From positions 39,544-103,543 of the forward strand of contig NZ_CAMXVC010000001.1 in NCBI RefSeq assembly GCF_947252345.1: DNA of 64,000 nt. The letters are read 5' to 3'. Under the pieces are notes generated by a model. The model did not search any database, was not told where the DNA came from, and saw nothing but the letters and a program-made list of their open reading frames with translations. Of the stretch, positions 26,568-36,964 are shown piece after piece. The translations under genes and the position numbers were made by a program. This DNA comes from an uncultured Finegoldia sp. GTDB lineage: Bacteria; Bacillota; Clostridia; Tissierellales; Peptoniphilaceae. The stretch's first letter is position 1. Every line of letters begins with the position of its first letter.

Positions 26568-29500
26568 ATGGATAAAATAAAAAAACTTCTCGTGGCAAAC
26601 CGTGGCGAGATTGCTATTAGAATTTTCAGAGCTTGTAGTGAGCTGGGAATAAGAAGCGTCGCTATATACAGCGAGGAGGACAAGACTTCGCTGTTTAGAA
26701 CAAAGGCAGACGAATCTTATTTGATAAAGGATGCGGCGTCTCCTCTGTCGAGCTACTTAGATATCGAAAAAATCATTGCGATTGCAAAATTCAAACACTG
26801 TGATGCGATTCATCCTGGTTATGGGTTTTTGAGCGAAAATGCAGAATTTGCTAGACGTTGCAAGGAAAATGGAATTATTTTCGTGGGCCCTGACGAATTT
26901 GTTCTACATAGCTTGGGCGACAAGGTTCAATCGAAGTTAGTTGCCAAGAGAGCCGGTGTGCAAACAATCGAAGGCGTGGAAACTCCTATCAGGAACAAAA
27001 ACGAGGCGTTGGAAATCGCAAACCAAATCGGCTATCCAGTTATGGTGAAGGCCTGTGCCGGTGGTGGCGGACGTGGTATGAGAATTGTCGAAAAAGAATC
27101 CGATTTGATGAGTTCTTTTGTCAGTGCGCAAAACGAATCTAAGAAGGCTTTCGGCTCGGATGATATGTTCATCGAAAAATACATCCGCAATCCGAAACAC
27201 ATCGAGGTGCAAATCATAGCTGACAACCACGGAAACATTCTTCATTTGTACGAGAGGGATTGTTCCATTCAAAGGCGTCACCAAAAAGTTGTGGAATTTG
27301 CTCCTGCATTTTCGATTTCCGAAAAGACGAAGAATGAGCTTCACAACGACGCCATCAAAATCTGCAGGGAAGTCGGCTACACAAACGCCGGTACTGTGGA
27401 GTTTTTGGTGGATGAGGAGGAAAACCACTATTTCATCGAGGTCAATCCGAGAGTTCAAGTTGAGCACACAGTCAGTGAGCTCATCACCGGAATTGATATC
27501 GTTCAGACGCAGATTTTGATTGCAGACGGCAAGAGCTTTGACGATGATGCGATTGGAATTTACTCACAAGATGACATCCACACGAATGGTTACGCAATCC
27601 AATGTCGTATCACGACGGAAGACCCTTCTAATAATTTTATGCCGGACACAGGAAAGATTGATTTGTATCGTACGAGCTCCGGATTTGGAATAAGACTTGA
27701 CGGTGGAAATGGATTCACAGGTTCCGTCATCACTCCGTACTACGATTCGCTTTTGGTTAAAATCACCGCATTTTCAAGAACTTTCAACGACGCCATAAGC
27801 AAGGCAATTCGTGCGTTGCGTGAGACTAAAATCAGCGGTGTCAAGACGAACATCGGATTTATAATCAACGTTTTGAACACAGAAGAATTTCACAAGGGAA
27901 CGTGCGACACGGGATTTATCTCGAAAAACCCGAAACTTTTCGACATCAAACCTTCGACGGATAAAGAATTAAAAGTGTTGAACTTTCTAAGCGAACGCTC
28001 CATCAAAGGTGACAAAAAAGAATACAACACTCCGCAAATTCCCGAATTTACCAAGACAAATTCTACAGGAACCAAAGATATTTTCGAAGAAAAAGGTGCG
28101 AAGGGACTCAGCGATTGGATTTTGAACCAACAAAAACTTCTAATAACTGACACTACACTAAGAGATGCTCACCAATCATTGATGGCGACACGAATGAGAA
28201 CGAGAGATATGGTTCCAATCGCACAAGCTACCAATGAATTGATGAAGGACTTGTTCAGTTTGGAAATGTGGGGCGGTGCGACATTTGACGTCAGCTACAG
28301 ATTTTTGAAGGAAGACCCATGGGTTAGACTACAAGAACTCCGCAAAAGAATCCCGAACATTTTATTCCAAATGTTACTTCGTGGAAACAACACCGTAGGA
28401 TACAAAAATTATCCCGACAACGTCGTGGTGAAATTCGTACAAAAAGCCGCAGAAAACGGAATCGACGTGTTCAGAGTGTTCGACTCGCTCAACTACATCG
28501 ACGGAATGAGGCTTGCCTGTGACAGCGTACTTGAACAAGGAAAAATCTTGGAAGCAACACTTTGCTACACAGGAGACATCTTGGACGAAACAAGAGACAA
28601 ATACTCACTAGAATATTACGTGAAAAAAGCGAAGGAGCTGGAATCCATCGGAGCGAATATCATCGCAATCAAAGATATGAGCGCGTTGTTAAAACCGTAC
28701 GCCGCAACGAAACTAATCTCAGCATTGAAAAACGAAGTCTCTGTTCCAATTCATTTGCACACACACGACACGACGGGAAACGGAGTCGCTACGATAATCA
28801 ACGCCTGCGAATCGGGAGTCGACATCGTGGACACTTGCTTCAACTCGATGAGTTCACTCACAAGCCAACCTGCGCTTAACTCCGTCGTGGCAGCGCTCGA
28901 AAACACTCCACGTCAAACGGGAATAAGCCTTTCAAATTGCGACAAAATAAGCTCCTACTACAGGGACGTTCGCTCCTACTACTCACAATTCGAGAGCGAT
29001 TTGAAAAGCGGTACAACAGAAATTTATCGCTACGAAATTCCTGGAGGACAATATTCCAACCTCAAACCACAAGTAGAATCGTTCGGGCTTGGAGAAAAAT
29101 TCGACGAAGTCAAATTAATGTACAAAAAAGTCAACGATATGCTCGGCGACATTATCAAAGTTACACCTTCGTCAAAAATGGTCGGAGATATGGCGATATT
29201 TATGGTGTCAAACGGACTCACTCCGGAAAACATCTACGAAAAAGGCAAAAGCCTCGACTATCCCGATTCCGTAATTTCATTCTTCAAAGGAATGATGGGA
29301 CAACCTGAAGGTGGATTCAACGAAAAATTACAAAAAATCGTATTAAAAGGTGAAAAGCCAATCACAAAGAGAGCTGGGCTTTACCTCGACCCATTTGATT
29401 TTGACAAAGACAAAAAAGATTTACAAGACAAATACAAAATGGAATTTGACGAAAAAGACATCATCTCACACGCACTTTATCCGAAAGTATTCGAAGATTA

Positions 29501-29987
29501 CATCGACTACAGAAAGGCAAAAGGCAACTTCACTTATATGGACACTCCGACATTCTTCGAAGGAATAAACGAAAAAGAAACAGTCGAAGTTCCGATAGAA
29601 GAAGGCAAAATCCTCATCATCAAACTAATCGAAAAAGGAAGATTGGAAAAAGACGGCTACCGAAACTTCACCTACGAAGTCAACGGCAACCGACGTGAGG
29701 TCAGAGTGTTCGATGAGTCTGCAAAAATCACCGAACGTGAAGAAGACAACAAATCCATCGCAGACCCTAACAACGACAAAGAAATCGGGGCATCAATTCC
29801 AGGAAGAGTCGTGAAAGTTCTAGTCAAAGAAAACGACAAAGTATCAGTCAACGACCCATTGGTAGTAGTTGAAGCTATGAAAATGGAAACAAACATACTA
29901 TCCAAATCAGAGGGAATTGTAAAATCAATCCTGATAAAAGAAAATGACACCATCGACACAGACCAACTTCTCATAGTTTTGGAATAA
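26568..29987 (+). CDS. pyc: pyruvate carboxylase
   Basis: 1139 aa. Biotin carboxylase N-domain, carboxyltransferase TIM-barrel domain, and C-terminal biotinyl motif EAMKMET. Confidence 0.9.
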   Translation: MDKIKKLLVANRGEIAIRIFRACSELGIRSVAIYSEEDKTSLFRTKADESYLIKDAASPLSSYLDIEKIIAIAKFKHCDAIHPGYGFLSENAEFARRCKENGIIFVGPDEFVLHSLGDKVQSKLVAKRAGVQTIEGVETPIRNKNEALEIANQIGYPVMVKACAGGGGRGMRIVEKESDLMSSFVSAQNESKKAFGSDDMFIEKYIRNPKHIEVQIIADNHGNILHLYERDCSIQRRHQKVVEFAPAFSISEKTKNELHNDAIKICREVGYTNAGTVEFLVDEEENHYFIEVNPRVQVEHTVSELITGIDIVQTQILIADGKSFDDDAIGIYSQDDIHTNGYAIQCRITTEDPSNNFMPDTGKIDLYRTSSGFGIRLDGGNGFTGSVITPYYDSLLVKITAFSRTFNDAISKAIRALRETKISGVKTNIGFIINVLNTEEFHKGTCDTGFISKNPKLFDIKPSTDKELKVLNFLSERSIKGDKKEYNTPQIPEFTKTNSTGTKDIFEEKGAKGLSDWILNQQKLLITDTTLRDAHQSLMATRMRTRDMVPIAQATNELMKDLFSLEMWGGATFDVSYRFLKEDPWVRLQELRKRIPNILFQMLLRGNNTVGYKNYPDNVVVKFVQKAAENGIDVFRVFDSLNYIDGMRLACDSVLEQGKILEATLCYTGDILDETRDKYSLEYYVKKAKELESIGANIIAIKDMSALLKPYAATKLISALKNEVSVPIHLHTHDTTGNGVATIINACESGVDIVDTCFNSMSSLTSQPALNSVVAALENTPRQTGISLSNCDKISSYYRDVRSYYSQFESDLKSGTTEIYRYEIPGGQYSNLKPQVESFGLGEKFDEVKLMYKKVNDMLGDIIKVTPSSKMVGDMAIFMVSNGLTPENIYEKGKSLDYPDSVISFFKGMMGQPEGGFNEKLQKIVLKGEKPITKRAGLYLDPFDFDKDKKDLQDKYKMEFDEKDIISHALYPKVFEDYIDYRKAKGNFTYMDTPTFFEGINEKETVEVPIEEGKILIIKLIEKGRLEKDGYRNFTYEVNGNRREVRVFDESAKITEREEDNKSIADPNNDKEIGASIPGRVVKVLVKENDKVSVNDPLVVVEAMKMETNILSKSEGIVKSILIKENDTIDTDQLLIVLE

Positions 29988-30029
29988 AATAACGGATTGT
30001 AGAGTAAAATCTACAATCCGTTATTATTT

Positions 30030-30743
30030 TTATTTTTCTATAAAAGATTTAATGATGAATTTGTGGTCTTTAAATTCAAGTATAAGAGTTGAATATGAGT
30101 TTTCTAATATCAAATTATTTCCTTTGATTTCTCCTTCAGTTGGATAAAAAGTGCCAATAGATACATCGCTTACAAATGTATAATAACTATTAGTTTCCTT
30201 CAAATACAAACATTTATCCTTATATATCATATCATCTGAAACAATATCTGCATATTTCTGCAATGTTGCATCAACTAGATTCTTATCGATTTTTACCAAT
30301 GGCATAAGTTTACTCGAAGATTCAAACTCAGAAAAATTATCCAGCTTTTCTAATTTTTTTATAGTAGTTTTAAACTCATTTGTATTTTCTTCTAAATTTT
30401 TGTTAGGAAAATATGAAATAAATGCTTCTAAATTCATTTCTTTAGGATTATTATAGTTACCCGCTTCGAAAAAATTAGAAGTTATATTTTTAATTTCATA
30501 GTATTTAGATGAAGGCAGTTTTTCAACAAAAACTTTTGTAATTTGTTTAATTTCATTATCTGTCAGTTTTCTGTCTTTTCCTACCTCAATACCCTTAAAA
30601 GCCCTATCAAAATAGTTTCCAACACATATTTTCTGTTCATTTGTTAGTTTGACTTCTTTTTTAGAACCACACGCTGTCGATATAACAGCTATAAAAATTA
30701 GGGTTAATAAACCTCTAAAAAATTTTTTATTTGTAATATCCAT
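30030..30743 (-). CDS. hypothetical lipoprotein
   Basis: Signal peptide with lipobox-like ISTAC. Confidence 0.45.
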   Translation of the reverse strand: MDITNKKFFRGLLTLIFIAVISTACGSKKEVKLTNEQKICVGNYFDRAFKGIEVGKDRKLTDNEIKQITKVFVEKLPSSKYYEIKNITSNFFEAGNYNNPKEMNLEAFISYFPNKNLEENTNEFKTTIKKLEKLDNFSEFESSSKLMPLVKIDKNLVDATLQKYADIVSDDMIYKDKCLYLKETNSYYTFVSDVSIGTFYPTEGEIKGNNLILENSYSTLILEFKDHKFIIKSFIEK

Positions 30744-31129
30744 CTATTGACATCCCCATTATTTTTCCTATTCTAAAAAATACCTAGATTATATCTTAAA
30801 TAATTATATAATCCATCAGCATAATACCACGAATACATCAGATTAGTGCGTTTCTTTGATTCTGGATTGCGACGTTTATTCCACTTTAATTGTTTTCATA
30901 AACTATTTTTCCTAAAAATATTTTCAGTTATTAAACTTATTGTATATTTACCCTGTTTTTTAATAAAATAAGCAACTTTAAGTAAAAATATAACCTTATT
31001 TGTGAAAATATTCCCAAAAAATACTTTGAATTTTTTTCTTTAATTTTTTCTTAATATTTAGGAAATTACATTCAGAAATTTTTAAAAAAGTATATATTAG
31101 ATATTAATAATTTAGCTTTTGGAGGAATT

Positions 31130-31372
31130 ATGAAAACCAAATTATCTAAGTGTGGAGATTCTCATGTGTTGCAAATTCCAAGGTTGATTTTGGATGTTTT
31201 GAATTGGAAAGACGATGATATTTTAGATTTAAAAATTGAGTACAACAAACTAATAATCGAAAATTCGTCTGATGATGAAATGAAGATTGAAGATTTGTTT
31301 GAAGATTTTAATGGGCAATATGAAAAAGAAGATATTGATTGGGGAAAAGTTACAGGAAAAGAAGTTTGGTAA
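31130..31372 (+). CDS. mazE: MazE/PemI-type (AbrB/SpoVT-fold) antitoxin; no mazF adjacent
   Basis: Swapped-hairpin N-domain (GDSHVLQIPRLILDVLNW) and a C-terminal IDWGKVTGKEVW, very similar to the MazE C-terminus (IDWGEPKDKEVW). Confidence 0.55.
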   Translation: MKTKLSKCGDSHVLQIPRLILDVLNWKDDDILDLKIEYNKLIIENSSDDEMKIEDLFEDFNGQYEKEDIDWGKVTGKEVW

Positions 31373-31391
31373 CAATCCTAATAAATACAAC

Positions 31392-31430
31392 AAGCCATAA
31401 CTAACGTTATGGCTTTGACTTATTTTTTAT
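31392..31430. terminator. bidirectional terminator between mazE and the thioredoxin-like gene
   Basis: AAGCCATAAC-TAAC-GTTATGGCTT followed by a T run. Confidence 0.6.
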
Positions 31431-31926
31431 CAAAAAAGCTTTGTAGTTCTTCTGATGTAGTTCCCACTTTGTCGTCGATGTTCATTCTGTCGGTGATTTT
31501 GCCGTCTTTAACCCTGAACACCGCTGGTACTGTTTTGAGGTCGTTGTTGGTTCTGAATTTCTTCAAATCTTCTGGAGATTTTTTGATTCCAGCGACGCTA
31601 TCTATGTAGTAGATTTCGTATTTCGACACGAACGGCTTGAATATTTTTGAAAACTTCTGGCAATCTGGGCAATTTTTTCTTCCAAGATACACCGTGATTT
31701 CTTTTCCGGCACTCACTTTGGAAAGCTCTGCAACTTTGATTTCCTTGACGCCTTTGATGTTTTGTTCGTACTCTGCGATGGCTTTTTGTTTGTCTTCTTC
31801 TGTGGTTACGTTTTTGGATTCAACTCCTGTGGCTTTTTTTGTAGGCTCATCTTGTCTTTGGTTGCAACTTGCAAATAATACCAAAATAAAGCTCACGCAA
31901 ACGATTAATTTGAATTTGTTTTTCAT
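31420..31926 (-). CDS. thioredoxin-fold lipoprotein (bacteriocin-transport-accessory-like), CPDC active site
   Basis: Lipobox LFASC. CPDC motif at the expected position of a TlpA/thioredoxin fold. Confidence 0.6.
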   Translation of the reverse strand: MKNKFKLIVCVSFILVLFASCNQRQDEPTKKATGVESKNVTTEEDKQKAIAEYEQNIKGVKEIKVAELSKVSAGKEITVYLGRKNCPDCQKFSKIFKPFVSKYEIYYIDSVAGIKKSPEDLKKFRTNNDLKTVPAVFRVKDGKITDRMNIDDKVGTTSEELQSFFDKK

Positions 31927-32035
31927 ACGTTCCCTCCTGTTTTAATTCATTTTATAATATTTACTGGCAATAATCAATCTGTACAATTGTAGACAAAGAC
32001 CACCAACTATTGTTGGTGGTCTTGTTTTAGTAATT

Positions 32036-32371
32036 TTATTTTGTTTGTTCTTTACGTTGTTTTAAGATATTTCTAATGGTTATTATTGCGCTAATACCCA
32101 TCAATAATAGTGCAAAGATATTTCCGTATAAGCAGAATTTCACGAGCATTGTGTCATTTGCGCCCATTCCATCGTGTAGCAACGTGATTGTGAAGTTCAT
32201 ATTCCACATTCCAAACACCAACGCAACTTGTACGATTGCTACCACTACGTTGAGAATCACGTTTGATTTTTGTTTCAATGTGATGTAAAAATTAAAAATG
32301 TTGACGAGCAGGAATACCGCTGTGACTACGGCATAATTTCTCGTAATTTCGTAAATTTCTTGTTCTGACAT
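32036..32371 (-). CDS. small hypothetical membrane protein
   Basis: ATG at 32371 with GAGGA RBS; the track begins at an upstream TTG. 3 TM helices. Confidence 0.35.
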   Translation of the reverse strand: MSEQEIYEITRNYAVVTAVFLLVNIFNFYITLKQKSNVILNVVVAIVQVALVFGMWNMNFTITLLHDGMGANDTMLVKFCLYGNIFALLLMGISAIITIRNILKQRKEQTK

Positions 32372-32416
32372 AAATTTTCCTCGCAATTTTCGTTGATTTA
32401 TATTCCCAAAATCAAA

Positions 32417-33367
32417 CTAAAATCTATTATCGTAGTTGTTCATTTGAACCATTGCTAGTCTGTAGATTGTTTCATTGACTGGTGCTTCTAGTCCAAGTTT
32501 CTTCGCTTGTCTTACGATTGCTCCATTCAAGAATTCTGCTTCTGTTTTTCTGTGTTTTTGTGTATCTTGTGCTGCAGATGGCAATATGTCTCCGTATTCT
32601 TCGAATGCATCTGTGACGTATTTTCTGAAAAGTTTGTCGCCGTCGAAATTGTAGCCCAATTTGTCAGTAACGGCTATGAACTCGTCTGAGATTTTCTTCA
32701 AAATCGCTACGGAGTTTTCGTCAGTTCTAGTGTATTTTGTGGACAAGTGCATAACTGCGCAAGGTAGGTTGTATATGGCGTTGATGTATAATTTTCTCCA
32801 CATTATTCTGTCCACGTCTGGATTTAATTCTGTGATTATTTCATTCTTGTTGAAAGCTTTTTCGATGTCTTTGAATACTTTGTCGTCGTGCTTGTCGCTG
32901 ACAGCTCCGAAAATAATATTGGTTTTGTCGCTGTCATATCCTGCGCTGATGACGCCCGGCTCTTCGATTGACGCGGAGATGAACATTATTCCCTGTGCGA
33001 TGTTTTCCTCTTTGATGTCAACATTTCTGATAATGTCGACATTTCCGATTCCATTTTGCAAAGTCATGACGATCGTCTTGTCGCCTACCAAATTCATATT
33101 TTCTCTCAAAATCTTTTCTGTGTCGTATCCTTTTACGAGGATTACAACGACATCTTGAATGTCCAAATCCTTCGAGTCAGTCTTAGCGTAATCGACTTTG
33201 ACAACGCATTCGCCACCGGCTCTGTTGATGATTTTGATTCCATCTTTTTCGATTTTTTTCATGTGAGCTTCGTATGGATCGACTAAGTTCACTTCATTTT
33301 CAGGAGATTGAGCTGCTTTTGCAAGCATACAACCCATTGCTCCTGCCCCTAAAATTGCAATTTTCAA
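32417..33367 (-). CDS. panE: 2-dehydropantoate 2-reductase (ketopantoate reductase)
   Basis: N-terminal Rossmann motif ILGAGAMG. ApbA/PanE-like length. TTG start with GGGAGAG RBS. Confidence 0.75.
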   Translation of the reverse strand: MKIAILGAGAMGCMLAKAAQSPENEVNLVDPYEAHMKKIEKDGIKIINRAGGECVVKVDYAKTDSKDLDIQDVVVILVKGYDTEKILRENMNLVGDKTIVMTLQNGIGNVDIIRNVDIKEENIAQGIMFISASIEEPGVISAGYDSDKTNIIFGAVSDKHDDKVFKDIEKAFNKNEIITELNPDVDRIMWRKLYINAIYNLPCAVMHLSTKYTRTDENSVAILKKISDEFIAVTDKLGYNFDGDKLFRKYVTDAFEEYGDILPSAAQDTQKHRKTEAEFLNGAIVRQAKKLGLEAPVNETIYRLAMVQMNNYDNRF

Positions 33368-33386
33368 ATTATCTCTCCCTTTCGAA

Positions 33387-35036
33387 TTAATTCTCTTGAA
33401 TATATTTTATCACAGCTTGGTTAAGTTTTGGTATCATTTGTTTCTTTCTCGAAAGAAGCCCCTTAGCCAAGAATGAATTGTCGTGTATCTTCGAATCAAA
33501 AGCCTGTGCTAATTGCTCTTGGAACATTCCCGAAACCAAAACCTCACTTTCTTCTCTGAAGATGTCGGTTAGAATTAGTACAAATGTAGATTCTTTTTTG
33601 TCGTTTCTGATTTTGTTCATCTCTTCGAGCAAACTATTTTTGATTTTTTCGAGATTGTCCAAATCCATCGAGAAGATTTGTGCAACTCGACAATCAAATG
33701 ACTCTATCTTAAACGCCTTGACGTCAGTGTTTAACAAATCTGCTGGTGATTTTCCTTCTAATGATGTTCCCGCTTTGAACATTTCCATCGCAAATTTTTC
33801 GGGATTTATGTTGGCGATTTTCGCCATTCTATCGAGAATCATCTTGTCGGTTTCTGTCGCTGTCGGAGACCTGAACAACAACGTGTCGGAAATAATCGCC
33901 GAACACAACAAGCCCGCAGTTTGTCTTGTCGGAACTATGCCCTTTTCCAAAAACATCTTCGAAATAATCGTACAAGTTGAACCCAACGGCTCATTTCTGA
34001 AATAAACAGGATTTTGCGTAGAAATATTCGCAACCCTGTGGTGGTCGATGATTTCCTTAATGTCGCAGCACTCCATATCGTCAACGGACTGATTTCTCTC
34101 GTTGTGGTCAACCAAGATAAGCTTCTTCTTTTCCTCGTTTATCACGTGATATCTAGCAATATTTCCCACAACCTTGTTTTGATTGTCGACAACAGGATAC
34201 AATCTGTATCTCGTCTTGGACATCGTATTTTTCACATCATCGACAGTGTCATTCAACGAAAAACTTACAACATCATCCTTCGTCATAACGTAATTAACCG
34301 GCACAGATTGTGGAAGAAGACGAGCTGCCATATAAGTCTGAAGCTCCGTTGAAATGACGATAATGTCCTTTTTTCTCGCCTTTTCTAGCAACTCATCATT
34401 CAACTTGTTGCCACCCGTCAAGATAATCATAGACACATTCTTATCTATCGCAACTAATTGAGAATCCTCCCTACTTGCGAGGATTACAACATCTCCCTCT
34501 TCCAAAAACCTCGACATCTGCTCTGGATTCATAGCGCCAACGACAATCTTTCCCGGCAAATCCCTGTCTTGCTCTGGAATGTTCAACACACTTGCGCTCA
34601 ACACATCTATGATATTCTCAACGGGAGTTTTTGAATGAGAAAGAATCTGGTCATCCCACACATCCATATAGCATTTTGTAATATCAGAAAGTGACACCAC
34701 TCCCAAAAGTCTCTCCTCAATATCAATAACCGGCAAACTTGACACATTTTTTTCCTGCATAATATTAGTCGCCTTGTACAAGCTCGCATTTTGCGACACG
34801 CACATAGCCACATCAAAACTCAAATCCTTGACTTGTGACTTCATCGAATCCTTGAAAGTAGGAGCATCCACTCCAAAATAATCCAACACAAATTGAGTTT
34901 CCCTGTTGACATCACCAAGCCTAATCGCCTCGACATTCTCCTCACCAGTTCTACTCTTAAACTCCTGGTAAGCCAACGCAGCACAGATAGAATCAGTATC
35001 GGGGTTCTTGTGGCCTGTTATATAAACTTTTTCCAT
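33387..35036 (-). CDS. CBS-domain-containing family II (DHH-DHHA2) inorganic pyrophosphatase
   Basis: N-terminus MEKVYITGHKNPDTDS is the family II PPase motif. Internal CBS pair and C-terminal DHHA2. Start reassigned to 35036 (GGAGA RBS). Confidence 0.7.
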   Translation of the reverse strand: MEKVYITGHKNPDTDSICAALAYQEFKSRTGEENVEAIRLGDVNRETQFVLDYFGVDAPTFKDSMKSQVKDLSFDVAMCVSQNASLYKATNIMQEKNVSSLPVIDIEERLLGVVSLSDITKCYMDVWDDQILSHSKTPVENIIDVLSASVLNIPEQDRDLPGKIVVGAMNPEQMSRFLEEGDVVILASREDSQLVAIDKNVSMIILTGGNKLNDELLEKARKKDIIVISTELQTYMAARLLPQSVPVNYVMTKDDVVSFSLNDTVDDVKNTMSKTRYRLYPVVDNQNKVVGNIARYHVINEEKKKLILVDHNERNQSVDDMECCDIKEIIDHHRVANISTQNPVYFRNEPLGSTCTIISKMFLEKGIVPTRQTAGLLCSAIISDTLLFRSPTATETDKMILDRMAKIANINPEKFAMEMFKAGTSLEGKSPADLLNTDVKAFKIESFDCRVAQIFSMDLDNLEKIKNSLLEEMNKIRNDKKESTFVLILTDIFREESEVLVSGMFQEQLAQAFDSKIHDNSFLAKGLLSRKKQMIPKLNQAVIKYIQEN

Positions 35037-35199
35037 ATTTTCTCCTTCATAAAAAACAATCAAACAACAAAATTCTGCCGATTGATTGCTCAAAATAATT
35101 TTCCTAACCTTATGATTATATACCAATTTTGTGATATTTCAAACACTTATTGTAAAAATTTTTCCATTTGCGATATAATAACTTAAAGGAGAGATACAA

Positions 35200-35721
35200 A
35201 TGAGAAAACTTTTAATAGTTGTAGATTTTCAAAATGATTTCGTTGACGGAGCTTTGGGCTTCGACGGAGCAAACAAACTTGAAGACAAAATCTGTGACAG
35301 AATCAAAAAAGCAAGAGAAGACAACGAAGAAATAATCTTCACATTTGACACACACCAAGACAATTACTTGAACACACAAGAAGGCAAATTTCTTCCAGTC
35401 AAACACTGCATCAAAGGAACAGACGGACACAAACTATACGGAAAAATAGCACAATTAGTCGAAGAAAAAGACATACTAATCGAAAAGCCAACATTCGGCA
35501 GCATCGAACTTTGCGATTACTTACGAGAAAATAAATTTTCACAGATAGAATTGTGCGGACTCGTATCCAACATCTGCGTGCTTTCCAACGCAGTCCTCGC
35601 CAAAACATTCAACCCAGAAGCAACAGTCACAGTCGACAAGAACTTAACTGACAGCTTCGATAAAAAACTAAACCAAGAAACATTAGACATACTCAAAGGA
35701 ATACAAGTAGTCGTAAAATAA
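35200..35721 (+). CDS. isochorismatase-family cysteine hydrolase (nicotinamidase-like)
   Basis: LIVVDFQNDF N-terminus and CGLVSNICV catalytic-Cys region. Confidence 0.75.
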   Translation: MRKLLIVVDFQNDFVDGALGFDGANKLEDKICDRIKKAREDNEEIIFTFDTHQDNYLNTQEGKFLPVKHCIKGTDGHKLYGKIAQLVEEKDILIEKPTFGSIELCDYLRENKFSQIELCGLVSNICVLSNAVLAKTFNPEATVTVDKNLTDSFDKKLNQETLDILKGIQVVVK

Positions 35722-35723
35722 TG
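35681..35723 (+). repeat. copy A of a duplicated gene 3' end (encodes LDILKGIQVVVK-stop)
   Basis: About 85% identical to 36400..36443. Confidence 0.7.
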
Positions 35724-35772
35724 TATTAGAAAACATATATTTTTATCAAAATTTTTCACAAAGGAAATAATT

Positions 35773-36399
35773 ATGCACGACATTTACATTATTTTAGGAT
35801 TATTTTTAGCTTTTTGTGTGATTGCCAAGCTCTTGCTACCACGTCTAAAGGGAGCTATGGGTGAATCAGCTGTAAAAATCAAACTAAATAGTCTTGATAA
35901 AGAAAAATACAGAATTATAAACAACCTTGTTTTAGAAAACAAAAAAGGTAATACAAAAACTACACAAATTGATCACCTAGTAGTTTCAAGATATGGTATA
36001 TTTTCAGTCGAAACCAAAAATTATAAAGGTTGGATTTATGGATCAGAACACGCAAAAAAGTGGACGCAAAATATTTATGGAAATAAAACAAACTTCATGA
36101 ATCCTATTTTGCAAAACTACGCCCACATTAAAGCAGTTGAATCCATTATAAAAGATTCTTATCCTTATATGAGATATTTTTCAATAGTAGCTTTTTCACC
36201 AGAAGCTGAAATCAAATTTGAAGTAAAAAATTCTGTAGTTTGCAAAATATCAAAAGTAGCTAAAAATATTGAAGAACTTTCATCAACAGAAATAATAAAC
36301 GAAACAGATATTGATAATATATTGAAGTTAATCGAAGAAAACAAACTAAATATTAGTAATAGAGAGCATGTCAAAAATTTAAAAGAAATAAAAAAATAA
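35773..36399 (+). CDS. NERD (nuclease-related domain) protein with an N-terminal TM helix
   Basis: Core TQIDHLVVSRYGIFSVETKNYKGWIYG is typical of NERD domains. Confidence 0.65.
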   Translation: MHDIYIILGLFLAFCVIAKLLLPRLKGAMGESAVKIKLNSLDKEKYRIINNLVLENKKGNTKTTQIDHLVVSRYGIFSVETKNYKGWIYGSEHAKKWTQNIYGNKTNFMNPILQNYAHIKAVESIIKDSYPYMRYFSIVAFSPEAEIKFEVKNSVVCKISKVAKNIEELSSTEIINETDIDNILKLIEENKLNISNREHVKNLKEIKK

Positions 36400-36443
36400 C
36401 ATTCGACATACTTAAAGGAGTACAAGTCGTAGTAAAGTAAAAT
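36400..36443 (+). repeat. copy B of the duplicated gene 3' end (encodes FDILKGVQVVVK-stop), followed by a terminator
   Basis: The differences from copy A are mostly synonymous. Terminator AGCAGCCATGAGCTGCT with a T run follows at 36445..36470. Confidence 0.7.
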
Positions 36444-36476
36444 AGCAGCCATGAGCTGCTATTTTTGTTTTCTATT

Positions 36477-36929
36477 TTATATTGTCAGTATCATACAATA
36501 ACCTATATTGGCATTTTTATCATACAAATATAATTTTTTTGTTCCATCTTTTTCAATATACTTATAAAGTATATGCTTTGAATTTTTTAATTTCTCAATA
36601 TCTGCTTTTAATTCTTGTATTTGATTGTTTTTTTCTTGTTCAGATAGCATCATAGTCTCAAAATTGTTATCAAAAATCTGATCGAGTTCGTCATTCTTTT
36701 GCTTAAAATCTTTGAGATTATCCTGACTCTTCAATGAAAAAGAATAGATGTCAAGCCTATCATTTCCGAAACCTCTATCGCTTTCAAATCTTACTTTATA
36801 AGTTTTAATTGATGTGTTAATTTCTGATAAATCACTAATATTCTTATTTGATTTTGCAACATATACTATAGATAACACTACAGAAATAAAAGCAAGCATT
36901 ATCATTAAAATTATTTTTCTTGTTTTCAT
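36477..36929 (-). CDS. hypothetical protein with an N-terminal membrane anchor
   Basis: Single TM near the N-terminus. Third gene of a small minus-strand operon. Confidence 0.35.
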   Translation of the reverse strand: MKTRKIILMIMLAFISVVLSIVYVAKSNKNISDLSEINTSIKTYKVRFESDRGFGNDRLDIYSFSLKSQDNLKDFKQKNDELDQIFDNNFETMMLSEQEKNNQIQELKADIEKLKNSKHILYKYIEKDGTKKLYLYDKNANIGYCMILTI

Positions 36930-36964
36930 AGTAGATTTTAATTATATACTTAACTGCTAATTGT

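Noticed and set aside
31373-31420. Search for mazF downstream of the mazE-like gene
   Set aside because: Only 48 bp, consisting of a bidirectional terminator, separate mazE from the convergent thioredoxin-like gene. The 31409..31609 ORF is antisense to that gene.
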